Shown: piece after piece, positions 49,133 to 57,914 of the stretch
Position numbering within the stretch: the stretch's first letter is position 1
Layout: each line of letters opens with the position of its first letter
Origin: an uncultured Acidobacteriota bacterium
GTDB taxonomy: Bacteria; Acidobacteriota; Vicinamibacteria; Fen-336
Direction: 5' to 3'
Length of the DNA: 64,000 nt
Assembly (NCBI GenBank): GCA_963720545.1
Contig: OY970399.1
Coordinates: 4,000,001 to 4,064,000, forward strand
Position numbers and translations under genes: made by a program
The notes under the pieces: model-generated
What the model was told of the DNA's origin: nothing
The model's input: the letters and a program-made list of their open reading frames with translations, nothing else
Databases searched by the model: none

Positions 49133-51019
49133 ATGGCAGCGAAGCACTTCCCGCCGCAGCGCTACATTGCGCGTGTCGATGCCATCACCGGCGAAGAGCT
49201 GGGCGGCGCGATCGATCCGGAAGAGCTGCTGGTGCACGCGCACCGCGACCGCCATCCGGTCGAGATCGGCATGCAGTTTGCGGCCAGCCGCCTCATCGAC
49301 ATGACGCGCAACGAGGTTCTCGTGCGCCAGGGGATGCGGCTCATGAACGAGGTGGGTGAGGCGCTCGCCGGCGGCATCGGCTTCGCCACCGGCAGCCCTG
49401 CCTTCGAGCGCCGTGCGCGCCGCATCCTCGGCGTCGTGCAGCGCGAGCACTACTTCCGGTTCCGCGAGCCCACGCATCACTCCGAGCGCGAGGTCCGCGA
49501 ACGGCTCGCGGAGCTGCGTCGGGGAGCGGCCGCGGCACTCAAGCGGCGCGGCCGCAACCCGCGCCTGCAGGTGCTGCTCACCGGCGCCACCGGCTTCGTC
49601 GGCAAGGAGATAGTGAAGCAGGCGGCGGCCGACCCGCGCATCGAGCGGGTGATCGCAGTGGTGCGGACGGAAACCCTGCGCGACCCCAGGACCAGGACGG
49701 TGGTGAAGGTGATCGGGGCCGGGGAGCGCGGCGCCCTGCTGTTGCGGCGGCTGGGCATCGACGCGCGCGCCGCGCGGCGGTTCGAGTTCGTCGCCGGCGA
49801 CATCGAGAAACCCGGCTTCGGCCTGCCGCGCACGACGCTCGCGCGCCTGCGCAGGAGCCTCACGCACGTCGTGCACTGCGCGGCGAGCGTCGCCTTCGAC
49901 GCTCCATACGACGCGTCGTTCCGCGCCAACGTGCTTGGCTCCCTGAACGCGCTGCGGTTTTCGCGCTCGGTGCAGGACACACCCGGCTCGGCGTTCGTCC
50001 ACCACGTCGCGATCGAGACGTCCTACATCCACGGGCGGCGCAAGAGTTCGATGGCCGCCGAGAGCGCGCTGGCGTTTCCGCGGCACTTCTACAACAACTT
50101 CTACGAGCTGACGAAGGCGCTCGCGTCGATCGAGACCGACCGCGCGATGATCGAGGGACTGCGCGTGGCGCAGCTGCTGCCGTCGATAGTCATCGGCGAT
50201 GCCCATACCGGCAACAACCGCGGCGACACCAAGGTGGTGAACGCCCCGATCAACGCCTTTGGCCGGATCAAGGAGATGGTCGATGCCGCCGCCGCGGGCG
50301 GTGGTGCCGCGGAGCGCCTGCGTACGGCGCTCGTGGCGCTCGTCGCCAACTCGTTTCCCGGCGACCCATCGGCAGAACTCAACCTGGTGCCGGTGGACCG
50401 GGTGGTGGCCGGCATCCTGGCGGCGGTGCACCGCCCGGAGGCGATCGGGCGTCGCATCCACCTCGCCACCGACAACCGCATCCGCTCGGCGGACATCGTG
50501 CGCATCGCGCGTGCCGAGCTGGGCGTCAACACGCGGCTCGCCGATCCGACGCTCTACCGCAACCTGACGCTGCCGGTGGTGAAGGCGATCCTGCTGCGCA
50601 TGGACCAGCCGAAGCTCGCGAACGCGCTCGAGAAGCTCGGTACCATCTTCGGCGGCTACAACGAGTGGGGCCAGCCGGTGCACGAAGTGGGCAACGACGT
50701 GCGCATCCTCGGACTCGGCATCCACCGGCCCGACACGCAGGCGGCGTTTCGCATGCTGTGCCGTCACAACCGCTACGTGCAGGAGTACGGCAAGGTCAAG
50801 GATCCGGACGAGATCGCGCGCCGCGAGGCGCTGTGGGCCGCTTTCGTGGACCACGTCGAGCATCGCAGCGGCCGCGAGGCGGGCTTCATGCCGGCACCCG
50901 AGTTCGCGCGCATGCTCGCGGCCGAGATCGACCTCCGCACGTTCACGGCCGCCGCAACGGAAAGGGCGGGACGGTCAAAGCGCGGGCCACAGGCGCGGCC
51001 GCGGCAGCGTTCGGCATGA
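49133..51019 (+). CDS. Extended SDR, fatty acyl-CoA reductase/thioester reductase-like, with N-terminal extension
   Basis: LLTGATGFVGK, VAGDI, VVHCAASVAF, NVLG, YELTK, PSIVIGD, LNLVPVD; SD GGAG. Confidence 0.75.
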   Translation: MAAKHFPPQRYIARVDAITGEELGGAIDPEELLVHAHRDRHPVEIGMQFAASRLIDMTRNEVLVRQGMRLMNEVGEALAGGIGFATGSPAFERRARRILGVVQREHYFRFREPTHHSEREVRERLAELRRGAAAALKRRGRNPRLQVLLTGATGFVGKEIVKQAAADPRIERVIAVVRTETLRDPRTRTVVKVIGAGERGALLLRRLGIDARAARRFEFVAGDIEKPGFGLPRTTLARLRRSLTHVVHCAASVAFDAPYDASFRANVLGSLNALRFSRSVQDTPGSAFVHHVAIETSYIHGRRKSSMAAESALAFPRHFYNNFYELTKALASIETDRAMIEGLRVAQLLPSIVIGDAHTGNNRGDTKVVNAPINAFGRIKEMVDAAAAGGGAAERLRTALVALVANSFPGDPSAELNLVPVDRVVAGILAAVHRPEAIGRRIHLATDNRIRSADIVRIARAELGVNTRLADPTLYRNLTLPVVKAILLRMDQPKLANALEKLGTIFGGYNEWGQPVHEVGNDVRILGLGIHRPDTQAAFRMLCRHNRYVQEYGKVKDPDEIARREALWAAFVDHVEHRSGREAGFMPAPEFARMLAAEIDLRTFTAAATERAGRSKRGPQARPRQRSA

Positions 51020-52017
51020 CCGCGGCACGCAATCGCACTCGTAGAGTCGCGGTGTTGGGAAGCGCCTCGTTCCTCGGCGCCCGCGTGCTGAGGCGGCTGG
51101 CGCGCGAAGCGCGGGATGAGGTGCTGGCGATCGACATCGCGGCGCCGCCGGCGGCGCTCGACGATGTCCGTCACTGCCGCCTCGACCTGACCCGGCCCGA
51201 CGCCGGCCACGACCTGTTGGCGCTGCTGCGCGACGAGGACGTCGGCACCTTGCTCCATTTCGCGTTCTTCACCAACCCGCGCCGCGACACGGCGTACTCG
51301 CACGAACTCGAGTCGATCGGTACGCTCTCGGTGTTCGCAGCGGCGGCCGCCGCCGGCGTCGAGCACGTGGTGATGCGCTCGTTCACCGCGGTCTACGGCG
51401 CGCGCGGCCAGAACCCGAACTTCCTCACCGAGGAGCGAGCCCTGGCGGCGGCGTCCGATTTTGCCTGGCTCCGCGACAAGCTCGAGGCGGAGCAGCACGC
51501 GGCCGCCTGCGCGCGCCGCTACCCGAAGCTGAACGTGACGGTGCTGCGCTTCGCGCCGCTCTTCGGCCCCGGGGTGCAGACCTTCTACACCGGCGTCTTC
51601 GACAAGCGGGTGGTGCCGATCGTCATGGGGTACGACCCGCTGCTGCAGCTGCTGCATCCCGAGGATGCCGAAGGCGCGGTCACGGCCGCGCTCACGCACC
51701 GCCCGCGCGGCGCCGTCAACGTGGTGCCGAGCCGCGCGCTGCCGCTCCTGACGGCGCTACTGCTGGCCGAGAAGGTGCCGCTGCCGGTGCCGCACGGCAT
51801 CGCCTATGCAGGCGCCGACCTCCTGTGGAGCGCGGGCCTGGCCGCCGCGCCTGGCGGTTTCGTCGACTACGCGCGCTTCCTGTTCGTGGCCGACGGCGCG
51901 CGGGCCGCGCGAGAGATGGGGTTCACCGCGCGCCACACGAGCCGCGCGGCGCTCGAGTCGTACCTCGGCTATCGCCATCCCACGCGGCCAGCGCGGCTGC
52001 GCGAGGTCGAGGCATGA
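51016..52017 (+). CDS. NAD-dependent epimerase/dehydratase-like protein (Rv0501-like)
   Basis: VLGSASFLG, SFTAVYGA, LRFAPLFGP, GYDPLLQLLH; paired with the acyltransferase. Confidence 0.75.
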   Translation: MTAARNRTRRVAVLGSASFLGARVLRRLAREARDEVLAIDIAAPPAALDDVRHCRLDLTRPDAGHDLLALLRDEDVGTLLHFAFFTNPRRDTAYSHELESIGTLSVFAAAAAAGVEHVVMRSFTAVYGARGQNPNFLTEERALAAASDFAWLRDKLEAEQHAAACARRYPKLNVTVLRFAPLFGPGVQTFYTGVFDKRVVPIVMGYDPLLQLLHPEDAEGAVTAALTHRPRGAVNVVPSRALPLLTALLLAEKVPLPVPHGIAYAGADLLWSAGLAAAPGGFVDYARFLFVADGARAAREMGFTARHTSRAALESYLGYRHPTRPARLREVEA

Positions 52018-53042
52018 GCCGCGCAAGCCGGGCCAAGGTCGTTCCGATTCGGCCTGTGGGCGGCCGGCGTGCACGCGCCCTGCGGTCGCCAGCGCACGAC
52101 GACGAGGCGGAGGCGCTGCGCTCGCGGCTCCGTGGCCTGGAGCGCGAGTTCGCCCGCGACGGCCTGTTCGTGCGGCTGGCGCGGCTCGTCGAGAAGGGCT
52201 CGGCGGCGAGCAGCTGGGAGAAGCTCGCCCGCGGGCTGTCGGCGGCGTACTTCACCTGGCATTCGGAGACGGTGGACGACTTCGGCTACGACGAGAAGTT
52301 CGCCGCTTCGGTGCGTCCGATGCTCGAGTTCCTCTACAACGTGTGGTGGCGGGTCGAGGCCACGGGCGTCGCGAACGTCCCGGCCACTGGCCCGGCGCTG
52401 GTCGTTGCCAATCACTCCGGGGTGCTTCCGTACGACGGCCTGATGATGCACCTCGCGATCCGCCAGCAGCATCCCGCGCGCCGCGAATGCCGCCTGCTGG
52501 CGCTCGACATGTTCGCGCTCCTGCCGTTCCTCGCGCCCTTGCTGCAGCAACTGGGCGCGGTGCGCGCGAGCCAGGAGAACGGCGAGCGCCTGCTGCGCGG
52601 CGGCGAGCTCGTCGGCGTGTTCCCCGAAGGCGTCAAGGGTGTCGGCAAGCCGTTCCGCCGCCGCTACCAGCTGGCGCGCTTCGGTCGCGGCGGCTTCGTG
52701 CGCCTCGCGCTGCGCACCGGCGCGCCGCTCGTGCCCTGCGCGATCGTCGGCGCGGAGGAAATCCACCCGATGATCGGCGACATCAGCTTCGTCGGCCGGC
52801 CGCTGGGCCTGCCGTTCGTGCCGGTGACGCCGACCTTTCCGCTGCTCGGCCCGCTCGGCCTGGTGCCGCTGCCGTCGAAGTGGTCGATCGACTTCGCCGA
52901 CCCGATCGCCACCGACGGCTACGGGGCGGACGCCGCCGACGACCCGATCCTCGTCAACCGCCTCTCCGAAACCGTGCGCGCGACCATCCAGGAAATGATC
53001 GACGGCCGGCTCGCGCGTCGCCGCTCCGTCTGGTTCGGCTGA
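52014..53042 (+). CDS. Lysophospholipid/acylglycerol acyltransferase (Rv0502-like)
   Basis: VDDFGYD, NHSGVLPYDG, VFPEG, RFGRGGFV, GAEE, PLPSKW. Confidence 0.85.
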   Translation: MSRASRAKVVPIRPVGGRRARALRSPAHDDEAEALRSRLRGLEREFARDGLFVRLARLVEKGSAASSWEKLARGLSAAYFTWHSETVDDFGYDEKFAASVRPMLEFLYNVWWRVEATGVANVPATGPALVVANHSGVLPYDGLMMHLAIRQQHPARRECRLLALDMFALLPFLAPLLQQLGAVRASQENGERLLRGGELVGVFPEGVKGVGKPFRRRYQLARFGRGGFVRLALRTGAPLVPCAIVGAEEIHPMIGDISFVGRPLGLPFVPVTPTFPLLGPLGLVPLPSKWSIDFADPIATDGYGADAADDPILVNRLSETVRATIQEMIDGRLARRRSVWFG

Positions 53043-53048
53043 GGGCCG

Positions 53049-54233
53049 TTAGCGCGGGCCGAGCCGCGTCTCGAGGGTGCGCAGGGCGCCGGCGAGTTGG
53101 CGGGCCACGGCGGAGTGGTGCGTTGGCGCAGGGGCCGAGCGGCGCGCCGCCGCCTTGTTGCGCAGCTTGATGCCGTGGCGGCCCAGCATGCGCGCGAATG
53201 CCAGCCGGCCGGTGCCGCGGAACGCCGCCATCGCCGAGCGATAGCCGTACTGCGCCACCGTGCGCCGCGCCGCGACGCGCATGATGTTGTGGGCGAACAT
53301 GCGCATGTCTTCGCGCCGCGGCTCGATCAGCAGGATGTCCACCTCGGGATGCTCGAGGCGGTAGCGCTCGAGGCCGTATTGCATGCGGCCGTGGAGCGAG
53401 ATGCGCAGCACCTGGTCGAGGACGTAGGTGATGCCCTTGTGGCTCAGCGGACCGCCGAGCAGCGGCCGGCGCGCGTCGTTGCGGATCGGCACGATCGGGT
53501 TGATGCAGATGACCAGGTCGGCGCCGTGGCCGATCGCGAGGTTGACGTGCGCGGTCTTGCGCACACCGCCGTCGACGTACTCGCGGCCGCCAATGCGCAC
53601 CGGACGGTACAGACCCGGCAGCGCCGTCGAGGCCTGCACCGCCTTGGAAATGGGCACGTCGCGCCGGCCGCGGTCGCCGAAGGCCACCGCCTCGCCGCTG
53701 TCGAGGTCGACCGCGACCAGGAACAGCTGGCGCGCCAGTTGCGAGAAGCGGTCGGTGCCGGCCCGTTCGCGAAAGGTGGTCGCCAGGAAATCGGCGATGC
53801 CGGAGTTGTCGAGCAGGCCCGACGGCAGCAGCTCGAAGAACGGCATCAGCAGGTCGTAGGCGCTCTCGCCCTCGCCGCGCATGAGGCGTGCGAGCGTTGC
53901 GCGCAGCAGGGCGGGGGCGCGTGCCGAGCGCCGGGCGATTTCCCGCGTGCCGAGGCGGAAGAGCGGGCTGCCGAGGGCGCCGAACAGCGGGCTGCTGTCC
54001 TCCAGGAGCTCGTGATACAGGTCGCCAGGCGGGATGCCGTTCGCGAGCAGCGAGGTGACGAACGCCCCGCCGCTGACACCAACGTACATGTCGAAGTCGA
54101 GGACACTGCGGTCGAGCAGGTCCTCGAGCGCCCGCAGCACACCGATCTCGTAGACGGCGCCGGTGACGCCGCCGCCCGCACAGACGAGGGCGACCTTGGT
54201 GGGGCGGCTTGGGCGGCTGCGGCGAACGCCCAG
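53049..54233 (-). CDS. Patatin-like phospholipase/esterase (probable CTG start)
   Basis: Frame extends upstream of the listed ORF to KVALVCAGGGVTGAVYEIG; GVSGG nucleophile elbow; YVDGG. Confidence 0.85.
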   Translation of the reverse strand: MGVRRSRPSRPTKVALVCAGGGVTGAVYEIGVLRALEDLLDRSVLDFDMYVGVSGGAFVTSLLANGIPPGDLYHELLEDSSPLFGALGSPLFRLGTREIARRSARAPALLRATLARLMRGEGESAYDLLMPFFELLPSGLLDNSGIADFLATTFRERAGTDRFSQLARQLFLVAVDLDSGEAVAFGDRGRRDVPISKAVQASTALPGLYRPVRIGGREYVDGGVRKTAHVNLAIGHGADLVICINPIVPIRNDARRPLLGGPLSHKGITYVLDQVLRISLHGRMQYGLERYRLEHPEVDILLIEPRREDMRMFAHNIMRVAARRTVAQYGYRSAMAAFRGTGRLAFARMLGRHGIKLRNKAAARRSAPAPTHHSAVARQLAGALRTLETRLGPR

Positions 54234-54237
54234 GAGG

Positions 54238-54666
54238 CTACCGCCGTGTCTTCTTCTGCGCGCCGATGCGGCGCGAGAGCTCGTCGACCTTGCGGGTCAG
54301 CGTCGCGATCTCGCGGCGGCTCGGGATGTTGAGCGCCGCGAGCGTGCGCCTGGCGGTCTCCTCGGCCACGCGCGACACAGTCTTGCGTTCCTTCTCGACG
54401 CGCTCCTGGATGAGAGTGAGGCCGGCGTCGATGCGCTTCAGGGCGCTGCGCCGCTCGGCGATCACGGCGCGGCCGATCGAGGCGATGGCCTTGCGCGCGT
54501 CCACGTGCGAGAGGTTGCTGCGCAGCTGGTGGATGGCGCCCTCAGCCGTGTGCACCGCGGCACGCGCGGCATTTTTCGCGGTGCGGGTGGCCGACTCGAG
54601 CCGAGACGGGGCGGCCTTGCTCTGCGACGATGCTTGCTTCCGTGCGGACTTCCTGCGTGCTGCCAT
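54238..54666 (-). CDS. Phasin-family (PhaI/PhaF-like) granule-associated protein
   Basis: Ala/Arg-rich helices ending in LNIPSRREIATLTRKVDELS; SD AAGGAG. Confidence 0.72.
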   Translation of the reverse strand: MAARRKSARKQASSQSKAAPSRLESATRTAKNAARAAVHTAEGAIHQLRSNLSHVDARKAIASIGRAVIAERRSALKRIDAGLTLIQERVEKERKTVSRVAEETARRTLAALNIPSRREIATLTRKVDELSRRIGAQKKTRR

Positions 54667-54688
54667 GACGTTTCTCCTTTTTCCTTCC

Positions 54689-55318
54689 TTACTTCGGGTG
54701 CGATTGCTTCTTGCGTGGAACGCGCTTCCTGCCGCGCCGCGCCTTTGCGGCTGGCAGGCTGGTTTCGAGCGTGGCGAGGCGCTCCTTGAGGGTGGTGAGC
54801 GACGGCATCACACCGAACTCCTTTTCGCTCGAGGCGACGAGTTCGCCGAGCCGGCGCTCGACCGAGTGCTGCGCGTCGTGCACTGCGCGGCCGGCCGCGG
54901 CAACGATCGCGACGCGCAATGCCGCCGCGTCCTCCAGGCCGAGGCGGCCGCGGGTGATGAGGTCGCCCGCGATGCGCTCGGCCTCGCGGCCCACGCGGGC
55001 GGCGGCGTCGGGCAGCGCCGGCAGCGCCTCGGCACGGCCGGCGGAAGCCAGCGCCAGTGTGATGATGCGCTGCAGGATGCGCTTCGGCAGGGTGTTGGTG
55101 CGGCGCTTGAGGGTCTCGACGAGCGCCGCGCCCAGCACCTGCGAGCTGATGTCGCGGCCGCTGCTGCTGCGCTCGCGGATCGTGAGGTCGGCGCCGCGCG
55201 CCGCCAGCTCGCTGAGCGCCTCGAGGGTGACGTAGCGGCGCTCGTGCAGGTCGTAGAGCTTGCGGTTCGCGTAGCGGACCACGATGCGCTCGGCCGGGAT
55301 GCTGCCCTTGCGCGGCAT
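54689..55318 (-). CDS. PhaR-like PHA-accumulation regulator DNA-binding domain fused to helical phasin-like region
   Basis: VRYANRKLYDLHERRYVTL...GRDISSQVL (PHB_acc_N signature). Confidence 0.8.
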   Translation of the reverse strand: MPRKGSIPAERIVVRYANRKLYDLHERRYVTLEALSELAARGADLTIRERSSSGRDISSQVLGAALVETLKRRTNTLPKRILQRIITLALASAGRAEALPALPDAAARVGREAERIAGDLITRGRLGLEDAAALRVAIVAAAGRAVHDAQHSVERRLGELVASSEKEFGVMPSLTTLKERLATLETSLPAAKARRGRKRVPRKKQSHPK

Positions 55319-55324
55319 GGATCG

Positions 55325-55376
55325 ACCATAACGCACTGCGTCATAGTTGTCAAGAGCGAATGACGCGGCGCGTTAC
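55325..55376 (-). promoter_or_regulatory. Sigma-70 promoter with two palindromic operator-like sites
   Basis: TTGACA (55353-55348)-17 bp-TATGGT (55330-55325); ATGACGC-N3-GCGTTA at 55328-55344 (-) and 55360-55376 (+). Confidence 0.7.
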
Positions 55377-55397
55377 AGGAAGCAAGCGCCTGGGGCG

Positions 55398-55610
55398 TCA
55401 GCGCGGGTTGGGTTCGATCGTCAGCGGTGCGCGCTGGCGGCGGTGATGCTCGAGGCGCACGAACACCACGCCGAGGACGAGCCCCAGGCAGAGCGAGGCC
55501 AACACGACGAATCCGGCGAGCTTCAGCGAGCCGAGCACCACCGACACCAGGTCGAAGGTCGGCTTCGGCACCACGACCCAGAGGATGGTGGGCGGGGGAG
55601 ACGGCGCCAT
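55398..55610 (-). CDS. Small membrane protein (70 aa)
   Basis: Long hydrophobic segment; fills the intergenic gap; extended -10 TGCTAGGCT 7 nt before ATG. Confidence 0.55.
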   Translation of the reverse strand: MAPSPPPTILWVVVPKPTFDLVSVVLGSLKLAGFVVLASLCLGLVLGVVFVRLEHHRRQRAPLTIEPNPR

Positions 55611-55637
55611 GCCGTTGAGCCTAGCAGCGCCCCCGGT

Positions 55638-57914
55638 TCAGCGCTTGGCGCGGGCGCGCGCCGTGGGCTGCCGGCGATTGCCGGTATCGGCCACGGCGGT
55701 GCCGGCCGGCAGGCTGTCGAGGTACGCGCGCACGCCGCCGACCAGGCTCTGGGCAATGGTGTCGCGGTAGCCGTCCTTCTTCAGGAGCGACTCCTCTTCG
55801 GGGTGGCTCACGAACGCGATCTCGGACAGCACGCTCGGCATGGTGGCGCCGATCAGCACGTAGAAGGGCGCCGTGTGCACGCCGCGGTCGGGGATCTCCG
55901 GGTTCATCGAGCGCACGTTCTCCACCATCGATTCCTGCACCGCTGAGGCGAAGTCGCGGCTCTCGGGAATCTTGCTGTTGAGCATGATGGTCTTCACCAG
56001 GCCCTGCAGGTCCTTCATGGTGCCCGACGACACCGCGTTCTCGCGCGCCGCCACCGATTCCGCGTGCGGCGTGCCGGCGAAGTTCAGGTAGTAGGTCTCG
56101 ATGCCGCGCGCCTTGCGGCTGCGGCTGCTGTTGGCGTGGATCGAGAGGAACAGGTCGGCGCCCTTGGCGTTGGCGATGGCGGTGCGCTCCTCGAGCGGGA
56201 TGAACACGTCGCTGTCGCGGGTCATGACCACCTCGACGCCCAGCTCGTTGCGCAGCATCTGCGCCACGCGCAGCGCCACGTCGAGCACCAGGTCCTTCTC
56301 CTGCAGGCCGCCATGGCCGATGGTGCCCGGGTCGTGGCCGCCGTGGCCGGCATCGATGACGATCTTGCGCGCCTTGAGGCCGAGCTGCCGGGCGAGGCTG
56401 TAGGAGCCGCTGCGGTTCGTCTGCGGCGGTGCCGACGGCATGGCGCGCACCACGACCGGAGCGGGCGTCGCTGCGGGCGTCGGTTCGGGCTTCGTTTCAG
56501 GCTTCGCTTCGGCTTTGGCTTCGGTCTTCGCCTCCGGTTCGACCTTCTTGATGCGCACCGGGTTCTTGCGCCGGTCGGGGACGCCGCTCGGCGTGGCCGA
56601 CGCGATCACCGAAGGCAGGGGTGCCAGCACCACGGCGGACGCCACCGGGGGAGCAGTGAGCACCGGCGCCGTGACGGCGCTCTCTTCGGGAGCCTTCGCC
56701 TTGTGCTGGTCTTCGGAGGTCATCACCGTCTCGCTGGCGGCTGCGGCGTCGGCTTCTTTTAGCGCGCCCGCCGGGGCCGCCGCGGCCTGGTCGATGGCGG
56801 AGTCGATGCCGCGCGGCACGTGTGGCGGCGGGGTGATGCCGGCAGGGTTCGTCACCGCTGCTGTTTGCACGGGCTCCTCAGGAGCTTCGGCAACAGCAGG
56901 CGCCGCTGCAGGCGGTGCTGTGCCCGGCAGCGGCGACGAAGCAGGCGCGGCTGCGGCGCTCGCAACGGCGGGTTCCGGGCCCTGCGCGTCGATCACGAGC
57001 CGCAGCGGATTCTGCAGGTAGAAGACCGAGTAGGTGCGCAGGTCGGCGAAGTCGAGCACCAGGTCCACGTCGTTGCCGGTGCGCGGCACCAGCTGCGCGC
57101 CGCGCAGCAGGCCGTCGTCGCGGTGCACGACCTTGTCGGCGAGGTTCGGGTGCAGGCGCGCGTTCGCGAGGCCCACCACCAGGCGGTTCGCGTCGTCGCC
57201 GCCGCGAGCGTGGTGCAGCTCCACCGTCTTGTCGAGGTCGAGGACCACGCGCACCGAGTTGTCGCCGCCCCACTGGCGCAGGTCGAAGACTTCCGAGGTG
57301 CCTGGCGGGGGAGGCGCCGGCAGGCTCGCCACTTTTTCGGGCGCGCGCTTCTTCATCCCCTCGCGCAGGTCGGCGGCGTGCGTGCCGCGCGGATAAGCGG
57401 CGAGATACGCGCGGGCCGCTTCGCTCGTCTTGTCCTTGCCGGCACCCGAAGTGTCGCGGCTCAGTTCGTAGACCGCGTAGAGCGCCGGGTCGCCGAGCTT
57501 GCTGGCCGGGTACTCGGACACGATCCAGCGGTACGACTTGACCGCCTCGGCGCGGTAGCGGGCGCTCGCGAACCGCTCGCCCATCTCGCGGTACAGGTTG
57601 CCCATGTTGAGGAGCGCGTCGTCGCACAGCGCACTCTTCGGATAGCGGTCCACGACCCTGCGGAAGCGCAGCGCCGCGGCCTCCCAGTTGGCGCGATTCT
57701 TCTGCCGTGACGTGCTCTTCCTGAGCGCCGCGGAGTACACGCGCGCCTGGTCGTAGAGCGCGCTGTCGGGCCTGGCGGTGGCGGCCACGGAAGCCGCAGG
57801 CTTGCGCGCCGCCGGCTTGCGGCTGCGCTTGCGCGCGGCTTCGGCGGGGACGCAGAGTATCGCGACCAGCGCGGCCGCAGCCACCAGGCGCAGCGCCGCC
57901 TTCACTTGGGCCAT
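55638..57914 (-). CDS. N-acetylmuramoyl-L-alanine amidase (TPR-AMIN-linker-Amidase_3)
   Basis: Signal peptide; TPR-like YPKS/YPAS repeats; RVVLDL/RLVID AMIN; IDAGHGGHDPG, EKD, SIHAN, LSEIAF. Start is 57914 ATG or 57905 GTG. Confidence 0.9.
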   Translation of the reverse strand: MAQVKAALRLVAAAALVAILCVPAEAARKRSRKPAARKPAASVAATARPDSALYDQARVYSAALRKSTSRQKNRANWEAAALRFRRVVDRYPKSALCDDALLNMGNLYREMGERFASARYRAEAVKSYRWIVSEYPASKLGDPALYAVYELSRDTSGAGKDKTSEAARAYLAAYPRGTHAADLREGMKKRAPEKVASLPAPPPPGTSEVFDLRQWGGDNSVRVVLDLDKTVELHHARGGDDANRLVVGLANARLHPNLADKVVHRDDGLLRGAQLVPRTGNDVDLVLDFADLRTYSVFYLQNPLRLVIDAQGPEPAVASAAAAPASSPLPGTAPPAAAPAVAEAPEEPVQTAAVTNPAGITPPPHVPRGIDSAIDQAAAAPAGALKEADAAAASETVMTSEDQHKAKAPEESAVTAPVLTAPPVASAVVLAPLPSVIASATPSGVPDRRKNPVRIKKVEPEAKTEAKAEAKPETKPEPTPAATPAPVVVRAMPSAPPQTNRSGSYSLARQLGLKARKIVIDAGHGGHDPGTIGHGGLQEKDLVLDVALRVAQMLRNELGVEVVMTRDSDVFIPLEERTAIANAKGADLFLSIHANSSRSRKARGIETYYLNFAGTPHAESVAARENAVSSGTMKDLQGLVKTIMLNSKIPESRDFASAVQESMVENVRSMNPEIPDRGVHTAPFYVLIGATMPSVLSEIAFVSHPEEESLLKKDGYRDTIAQSLVGGVRAYLDSLPAGTAVADTGNRRQPTARARAKR

